Shown here: positions 36,604 to 42,757 of the stretch, piece by piece
Layout of the letters: the number at the start of each line of letters is the position of its first letter
Numbering within the stretch: position 1 is the first letter of the stretch
NCBI GenBank assembly: GCA_024408295.1
Contig: JAKSVE010000006.1
Coordinates: 1-42,757, forward strand
Source of the DNA: Bacilli bacterium
Lineage (GTDB): Bacteria; Bacillota_I; Bacilli_A; RFN20; CAG-826
Length of the DNA stretch: 42,757 bases
Direction of reading: 5' to 3'
The notes under the pieces: generated by a model
Told to the model about the DNA's origin: nothing
The model's database searches: none
Seen by the model: only the letters and a program-made list of their open reading frames with translations
Made by a program: the position numbers and the translations under genes

Positions 36604-38492
36604 GTTTCTTATTTCCATTAGGTTTACTCGGATTAATTGGTATTCCAGTAATAATCATCATCTACATCATCAAGAATAGATATACAGAACAGACGGTCTC
36701 ATCAACCTATATCTGGACATTATCTGAACGTTTCTTGAAGAACAAGAGACCAATCTCAAAGCTCAAAGGCTTGATTTCCTTGCTTTTGCAGCTTGCAGCG
36801 GTCTTCTTCATCTCAATCGCGGTTGCTCACCCTGTCTTTAAGGTCAAAAACGCCGCAAAAGAGTACTGTTTCGTTCTCGATTGCACAGCTTCAATGGCTA
36901 TCGACACCGGAAACGGAACTAGATTCGAAGTCGGAAAACAGCAAATCGCTGATATGATCAACGGAGCTGCTGATGGTTCAACATTCACCCTCATCCAAAT
37001 CGGAGTCACGACAAGAACCATCTACGAGCGTTTCCCTAACAAGGAAAAGGCAATCGAAATTCTTGAAGGCGTCGAGCAGAGCGATATCACATCAAACACC
37101 CTCTCAGCATGGGCACTTGCAAAAGACTACTTCGACCAGAACTCTTCAACCGAAGTCTATCTCGTCACCGACACTGCATACGAGACTGAAAACGTCACCC
37201 TTGTCAATGTCGCAACAGAAGTGGACAACTTCGCAATCACAACTGCCAACTATGCAACAATTGGCGAAAAGCTCAGATTCCAGGGCAAGGCTATTTCCTA
37301 TCAGAACGACGCTGAATTGGAGTTTAATCTCTACCTTGATGATGTCGAAATCACAGACTACGAATTGCAGGTCGAGACATTAGGAATCTTAGTCACCAAA
37401 GATAACTTAGCTCTTACAGCAGGAGTGGAGAAAGACTTCTTCCTCGAACTCCCACAGAAAGACTTCGTCACAGCAAAAATCGAAATCAAAAATCAGGATT
37501 CCCTTGATAAAGATAACGTTTATATGCTCTACAACGTCTCTCAGGAGCACAACTATTCAGCAATCGTCATCTCTGAGACACCATTCTTCATCAAGTCGGT
37601 CATCGCTACCGTCTCAGATGCCAGCGTATACTGCATCAAGCCAGAAGAATACGATGAATCAGTCCACGGACACGGATATGACCTATACGTTTTCGATGGA
37701 TATTCACCATCCACACTTCCACGTGATGGTTCAATCTGGTTCTTCGATATCAGAGAAAACATCCCTAACTCAGGATTCACAATCCAGGATGAAATTGAAC
37801 TTGGAGAAGCTTCACAGATCACATATCGTATCTCGAACTCATCTGAATATAGAAAGTTCACCCAGGGCACAGTCGGAAGCAACATCTTTATCGGTAGATA
37901 CGTCAAGTACGGCATCTATGCGAACGGATTCACAACCATTCTCACCTACGAGGGCGACCCAGTCGTCTTCACAGGCCTCAACGGTTATGGAAATAGACAA
38001 GTTACCTTCGCATTCAACCTTCATGACTCAGACATGCCAATGCAGGCTGACTGGCTCATCTTGGCCAAGAACTTCATCTCATATTCATTCCCTGAAGTTA
38101 TTGAGACATCAAACTATGTTTGCGGTGACGAATTGAACATCAACGTTCTCTCAAGCTGCAAATCAATCAAAGTCGAAGCTCCAAGCGGAGAAGTCACATA
38201 TTTGGACACAAACGAAGCATTCGCCTCAACACCATTGACCGAAGTTGGCGAGTACAAGATCTCTGTCCTCTTAGGCGACCAAATGAAAGAATTCAGGGTA
38301 TTCTCATCCTTGCCTCCACAGGAAGGACAAGTTATCCCTAATGTCTACGAATCGTTCTTACTTGAAGGCGAAAAGACCGAGAATTACATCGATGGCAAAT
38401 TTGATAAGCTATGGATCATCATTGCCATTATCGGAGTCATATTCGTCGCAGATTGGATAATTTACTGTTATGAGCAATATCAACTTCAATAA
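36600..38492 (+). CDS. BatA-like N-terminus plus vWA domain membrane protein
   Basis: MSFLFPLGLLGLIGIP...SSTYIW double-TM; VLDCTASM MIDAS-like motif; VTD; C-terminal TM. Confidence 0.88.
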   Translation: MSFLFPLGLLGLIGIPVIIIIYIIKNRYTEQTVSSTYIWTLSERFLKNKRPISKLKGLISLLLQLAAVFFISIAVAHPVFKVKNAAKEYCFVLDCTASMAIDTGNGTRFEVGKQQIADMINGAADGSTFTLIQIGVTTRTIYERFPNKEKAIEILEGVEQSDITSNTLSAWALAKDYFDQNSSTEVYLVTDTAYETENVTLVNVATEVDNFAITTANYATIGEKLRFQGKAISYQNDAELEFNLYLDDVEITDYELQVETLGILVTKDNLALTAGVEKDFFLELPQKDFVTAKIEIKNQDSLDKDNVYMLYNVSQEHNYSAIVISETPFFIKSVIATVSDASVYCIKPEEYDESVHGHGYDLYVFDGYSPSTLPRDGSIWFFDIRENIPNSGFTIQDEIELGEASQITYRISNSSEYRKFTQGTVGSNIFIGRYVKYGIYANGFTTILTYEGDPVVFTGLNGYGNRQVTFAFNLHDSDMPMQADWLILAKNFISYSFPEVIETSNYVCGDELNINVLSSCKSIKVEAPSGEVTYLDTNEAFASTPLTEVGEYKISVLLGDQMKEFRVFSSLPPQEGQVIPNVYESFLLEGEKTENYIDGKFDKLWIIIAIIGVIFVADWIIYCYEQYQLQ

Positions 38493-41151
38493 TCCTTGGC
38501 TGCTTCTAGTTCTCGTTCCTTTCCTAGCAGCGGTCATCACACCATTCTTCATAGCAATCAAGAAAAGAAACATGAACGGTTATGCGATTACCTCGCTTAT
38601 CGCTCACATCCTCATCGTTACACTCGCATCATCAGTCGTTGCGGGCACAACATACCAAAGAGTCATCACCGAGACCAATGTCTATGTCCTCGCTGACGTA
38701 TCATATTCAGGTGATCAGAACTTAGATAGAGTCGACCAATACATCGTCGATCTCTCAGAGAACCTCCCAAAGAACTCGCTCATGGGAATCGTTGCATTCG
38801 CAAAAGATTCCGAGTTGTTAGTTGAGCTCGGCGGAGAAATCAAGTCCGTCAAGGAGAATAATCTCGACAATACCGAGACCAACATCGTTGACGCACTCCA
38901 GTACACAGCATCACTCTTCAAAGAAGACGTCATCAAGAGAATCGTCATCATCTCCGACGGTAAGGAAACCAACTACAGTTCCATCGTCTCAGTTGTTGCA
39001 GAACTCGCAGAAGACAACGTCTACGTCGACGCTATCTTCCTTGATAACAACCTCACAGAAGAAGACAAAGAAGTCCAGCTTCACGCAGTTGAGTACAACC
39101 GCTCTGTCTTCCAGGGCAAGAAGGAAAAACTCGAAGTCATGGTCCAGTCATCATACGACGTAAACGGATACTGCACACTTTATAAGGACGAGACCCTCGT
39201 ATATAAGAAGCCAGTCTCATACGTCGATGGCTTAAATATCATCGATTTCGACCTCGACACAGAAGAAGCGGGCGACTTCGATTACAGAGTTGTTGCAGAA
39301 GTGGAACACGATTACTGCTTATTCAACAACGAAATCAAGTTCACACAGTCAGTCTCTGATGAAGTCAAGACACTCTTCCTATCAAGTGACTATGACCTCC
39401 AGGACACCGCAGTCAAACTCTACGGACAGGGCAAGGCAACAGTCGATTTCTTCTTTGCCAACAAAAACGGCATCGCTCAGCTCATGGGCAACGACGATGT
39501 CAAACTCCCTATCACAGTTGAAGAACTCTGCGCCTATGACCAGTACATCTTCGCCGATATCGACTTCACAAAAGTCTTCTCATCAGGCCAGTTCCTCGAA
39601 TCAATCGACACCTGCGTCTCTGAGTTCGGCAAGACCCTCATCTCCATGGGTAATACATATATCCAGACAGATAAGGACGGCACTGACGAAACTCTTAATG
39701 CTTACCAGGCTATGCTTCCAGTCAAGTATGGCGCTAGCGCAACAGACAAGAAACTCGTCACCCTCATCATCGATATCTCCAAGTCCATGGTTAACTACTC
39801 CCGTGTCTTAATCGGTAGAGCAGCAGCATGCCAGATCTTGGACCTCTTAAACGACAACGACATCGTCAACGTCATCAACTTCGCTGGCGATACCCAGATC
39901 CTTCAGGCTCCAGTTCAGGTCGGACCAAACAAAGAAGAGATCAAGAAGAAGATCCAGACTGCAAAAGCTCAGCAGGGCACCTTCTTATCAACCGCTCTTC
40001 AGGATACCTTGAAGATGATTAAGGACCTTCCATATGAAAATAAGGAATGCTTCTTGTTATCAGACGGTCTTCCATATACCGGCGGAACAGTCACTGAAGA
40101 ATCAATCCAGAACGTCGCTAAGGAATATGCAGCAGAAGGCATCGTCCTTTCAACCATCAACACCGCATGTCCTGACGGCGAAAGCCTCTTAAACACTCTT
40201 GCAATCTATGGCAACGGTTCATACTTCAGAATCGACGAAGAAAAACAAGTCGAGAAAGTTATTCTCAACCAGGTCTCAACAGAACTTAGAGATTCAGAAG
40301 AAGAAGGCAAGTCCTACACCGTCTCATCTCTTAAGAACAGCTCTGAAATCTACGCAGACGTCGATATTGAGAACTTAGAGAAACTAAGAGGATTCTACTT
40401 AGGAAAGAAGAAGTCCAACGCAACAAACCTTGCAGTCGTCTCCTATAGCAAATTCGGCGATGAGAGAATGACAGACTCACCTCTCTTCACCTATTGGAAC
40501 TACGGAAACGGCATGGCCTATTCCCTCTCAACCACATTCTCAGATAAGAAGACGTGGTGCATGAACTGGAAAGAAGACAATTCTGAGGGCATGAAGTTCC
40601 TCAAGAACCTGATTCCAGCAACAATTCCACAGCTTAAGCAATCAACCCCATATATCTTCGGATACGAGACAGAAGGAACAAAGACCACAGTCAGCGTCCA
40701 CGCTCCATCAGTCCAGGTTGGTTCAACAATCACCCTTGAGGTCACAACACCAAAGGGCAACCAAGTCACAAGAACCCTCATCTTCGACCTCGAGAACTAC
40801 ATCACATCACTCGACACATCAGAAGTCGGTAAGTACCAGATCCACCTCAAGTACAATAAGGGTAACCTCGAGTACAGCGCAGATTCCGAATTCTTCATCT
40901 ACTACCCACCAGAGTACAACAGATTCGAAGTCTACGAAGCTTCAACCCTCTACTACATGGTCTCAAGTGGTGGAACGGTATCAGAGGATGGCAAGCTCGA
41001 AATCGATAATGGAGATCTTGATGTCGCAACATACATCTATGACTTCACACCATCATTCTTAACCGCAGCAGTCGTCTTGTTCGTCATCGACGTCTTCGCT
41101 CGTAAGATCAAGTGGGCAGACATCAAAGCCCTCTTCAAAAAGAAAGCCTAA
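38470..41151 (+). CDS. Membrane protein with two vWA domains
   Basis: FNNPWLLL N-terminus; MIDAS motifs DVSYS...ISDG and DISKS...LSDG; C-terminal TM. Confidence 0.88.
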   Translation: MSNINFNNPWLLLVLVPFLAAVITPFFIAIKKRNMNGYAITSLIAHILIVTLASSVVAGTTYQRVITETNVYVLADVSYSGDQNLDRVDQYIVDLSENLPKNSLMGIVAFAKDSELLVELGGEIKSVKENNLDNTETNIVDALQYTASLFKEDVIKRIVIISDGKETNYSSIVSVVAELAEDNVYVDAIFLDNNLTEEDKEVQLHAVEYNRSVFQGKKEKLEVMVQSSYDVNGYCTLYKDETLVYKKPVSYVDGLNIIDFDLDTEEAGDFDYRVVAEVEHDYCLFNNEIKFTQSVSDEVKTLFLSSDYDLQDTAVKLYGQGKATVDFFFANKNGIAQLMGNDDVKLPITVEELCAYDQYIFADIDFTKVFSSGQFLESIDTCVSEFGKTLISMGNTYIQTDKDGTDETLNAYQAMLPVKYGASATDKKLVTLIIDISKSMVNYSRVLIGRAAACQILDLLNDNDIVNVINFAGDTQILQAPVQVGPNKEEIKKKIQTAKAQQGTFLSTALQDTLKMIKDLPYENKECFLLSDGLPYTGGTVTEESIQNVAKEYAAEGIVLSTINTACPDGESLLNTLAIYGNGSYFRIDEEKQVEKVILNQVSTELRDSEEEGKSYTVSSLKNSSEIYADVDIENLEKLRGFYLGKKKSNATNLAVVSYSKFGDERMTDSPLFTYWNYGNGMAYSLSTTFSDKKTWCMNWKEDNSEGMKFLKNLIPATIPQLKQSTPYIFGYETEGTKTTVSVHAPSVQVGSTITLEVTTPKGNQVTRTLIFDLENYITSLDTSEVGKYQIHLKYNKGNLEYSADSEFFIYYPPEYNRFEVYEASTLYYMVSSGGTVSEDGKLEIDNGDLDVATYIYDFTPSFLTAAVVLFVIDVFARKIKWADIKALFKKKA

Positions 41152-41169
41152 TAAGAAAGGAGAAAAGAT

Positions 41170-42564
41170 ATGAAACTTAAACCATTAGCAATGTTGATTT
41201 CTTCTCTTCTTCTTGCGGGCTGCGCAGGATACATCGATGAAAATCCATATGTCCCAAGCAAGAACAACTCCACCAACACCTCTAGACCTGCCCAAACAAG
41301 CAAGCAAGACGGAGGTAACCAGGGAGGAGAAGCGGGCGACACATCAGTGGCCCCAGGAGAGACATCATCCGAACCAGAAGAAGAGGACTTCACCTACACA
41401 GTTTGCCTCATGCTCAACGGCAAACTCTATAACGAGGATGATTTAGAAGAATGCCAAGTCGTCTTCTACGACCTCAATAGAAAAACCGAGTTCCCAGTCG
41501 ACTTCGATGAGGATGGCTATGCAATCACCGATCAGTTAGACGGTGACTACGCTATCCACCTCAGAAACTGCCCTGAGGACTACACCTATGACCCAAATAT
41601 CTACTTTGTAGACTATGTCAACAAGTACACAGAGATCAACTTGATCCCTCTCATACCTCTTCTTGGCACCGGCAAGACCCCATATGATGACATCTATAAG
41701 ATGACAAAAGTTGGAACCTACCGTTACACCATCAAGAACAAGAGAACCGACCTCCTTTACGCTCAGTTTGAACCTAGAAAGTCAGGCGTTTACACAATCG
41801 AGACACTCTGTGATATCTACGACGACAACATCGACCCAACAGTCGAGCTCTATTCTGGCTCAGCTGTTTACAAGAACCTTGATAACCCAACCGTCTTAAA
41901 CGATGGTGGCGCTGTCCGTAAAGGCGGATACACCAAGAACATCAAGTACACCGTCAAGATCGCTCAGGAGTTCATTGGAAACGTCTTCGCTTATGGCCTT
42001 AGAGCTACAGTCAAAGACGGAGTTTACCCAATTTATATTGACTTCAGAATCACATATCTTGAAGACTACATTTGGACCGATATTAAGGCTGAGTCAATGG
42101 AGTCAACCGTACCGGAGTTCAAGACACCAGATTTAACCGGCGCATACACATACGCTAACCTCGGTGGACTTGTCTTTGATGGCAAGAACTTCGTCTACAA
42201 CCAGGCCGATGGATTCTTCCACTATAAGACGGTGGATGGACCAATCGTCTGCGCTGATATCGACTCACCAACACAGTTCTTAGACGTCTCATTGACACAC
42301 GTCCAGGATGCAGGAAACAAGAACCTCACAGTCTCCGATGGCACAGAGAATTACACCGAGTTCATCTGCACTATATATAAGAGAAGATGCAACTCCGCAG
42401 GTAGATGCTATGTCACCATGGAACTTAAGGAATTCTTGCAGAAATATTCTGACTCACAACTCCTCTTCCAGGACGGTAACGGATTCATCGAATATGAGAC
42501 TCACCACTATGCCGCAGAACCTGATCAGTGGCTCTGGGCTTGTGGCTTCTACGGAGTCGCTTAG
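41170..42564 (+). CDS. Hypothetical lipoprotein, last gene of the MoxR operon
   Basis: Lipobox LAGC; low-complexity linker; aromatic C-terminus DQWLWACGFY. Confidence 0.8.
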   Translation: MKLKPLAMLISSLLLAGCAGYIDENPYVPSKNNSTNTSRPAQTSKQDGGNQGGEAGDTSVAPGETSSEPEEEDFTYTVCLMLNGKLYNEDDLEECQVVFYDLNRKTEFPVDFDEDGYAITDQLDGDYAIHLRNCPEDYTYDPNIYFVDYVNKYTEINLIPLIPLLGTGKTPYDDIYKMTKVGTYRYTIKNKRTDLLYAQFEPRKSGVYTIETLCDIYDDNIDPTVELYSGSAVYKNLDNPTVLNDGGAVRKGGYTKNIKYTVKIAQEFIGNVFAYGLRATVKDGVYPIYIDFRITYLEDYIWTDIKAESMESTVPEFKTPDLTGAYTYANLGGLVFDGKNFVYNQADGFFHYKTVDGPIVCADIDSPTQFLDVSLTHVQDAGNKNLTVSDGTENYTEFICTIYKRRCNSAGRCYVTMELKEFLQKYSDSQLLFQDGNGFIEYETHHYAAEPDQWLWACGFYGVA

Positions 42565-42581
42565 GCCCCTCTAAAATATTG

Positions 42582-42637
42582 AAAGTGCTTACATCGTTTG
42601 CAACGTCAAAAAATTGCAAATTAGTGAGCACTTTTTT
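42582..42637 (+). terminator. Long hairpin / probable terminator
   Basis: AAAGTGCTTAC...TTTGCAA-loop-TTGCAAA...GTGAGCACTTT plus a T run. Confidence 0.55.
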
Positions 42638-42722
42638 AAATCTTTTATTGACATAATTTAATATTCTTGCATTATCTACACATAAACCGCGGATTCGTAT
42701 GTAACCGCAGGGAGGAAAGAAT

Positions 42723-42757
42723 ATGAAAAAGAAGAACTTATTAATCCTTTCTCTTAC
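42723..42757 (+). CDS. Start of a secreted protein or lipoprotein (truncated by the window)
   Basis: GGAGG, then MKKKNLLILSL; TTGACA at 42648. Confidence 0.65.
   Translation, partial: MKKKNLLILSL

Noticed and set aside
42580-42593. TGAAAGTGCTTACA as a cre site
   Set aside because: It lacks the central CG and is better explained as one arm of the hairpin after the operon; not fully excluded.

Overview
Gene-dense, low-GC chromosomal segment read with the standard genetic code: TGA is a stop, TGG is Trp, and AGG falls at conserved Arg positions. The gene content (GlnRS plus GluRS, CdaA without CdaR, many lipoproteins) suggests a reduced-genome gut/rumen Bacilli lineage; this is inference only. 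The window holds the left end of an IS3-family element at its edge, glnS, gltX and 10 dispersed single tRNA genes, all with C34 or G34 anticodons. It also holds a GH3 beta-glucosidase, a frameshifted HD-domain pseudogene, a fused AmmeMemoRadiSam B-A protein, a GltS-like symporter, a PlsC-like acyltransferase, CdaA, an orphan PD-(D/E)XK nuclease, seven complete lipoprotein genes and a six-gene MoxR/DUF58/vWA operon behind a cre-like site. The most notable observations are: (1) about ten genes have a -10 box 5-6 nt before the ATG and no Shine-Dalgarno site, suggesting leaderless mRNAs; (2) tRNA-Arg(CCG) has C33 and looks remodelled from tRNA-Arg(CCT); (3) two tRNA genes are followed by an inverted copy of their own 3' end; (4) the lipoproteins share unannotated repeated domains. 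All calls come from reading the sequence by eye; no searches were run.
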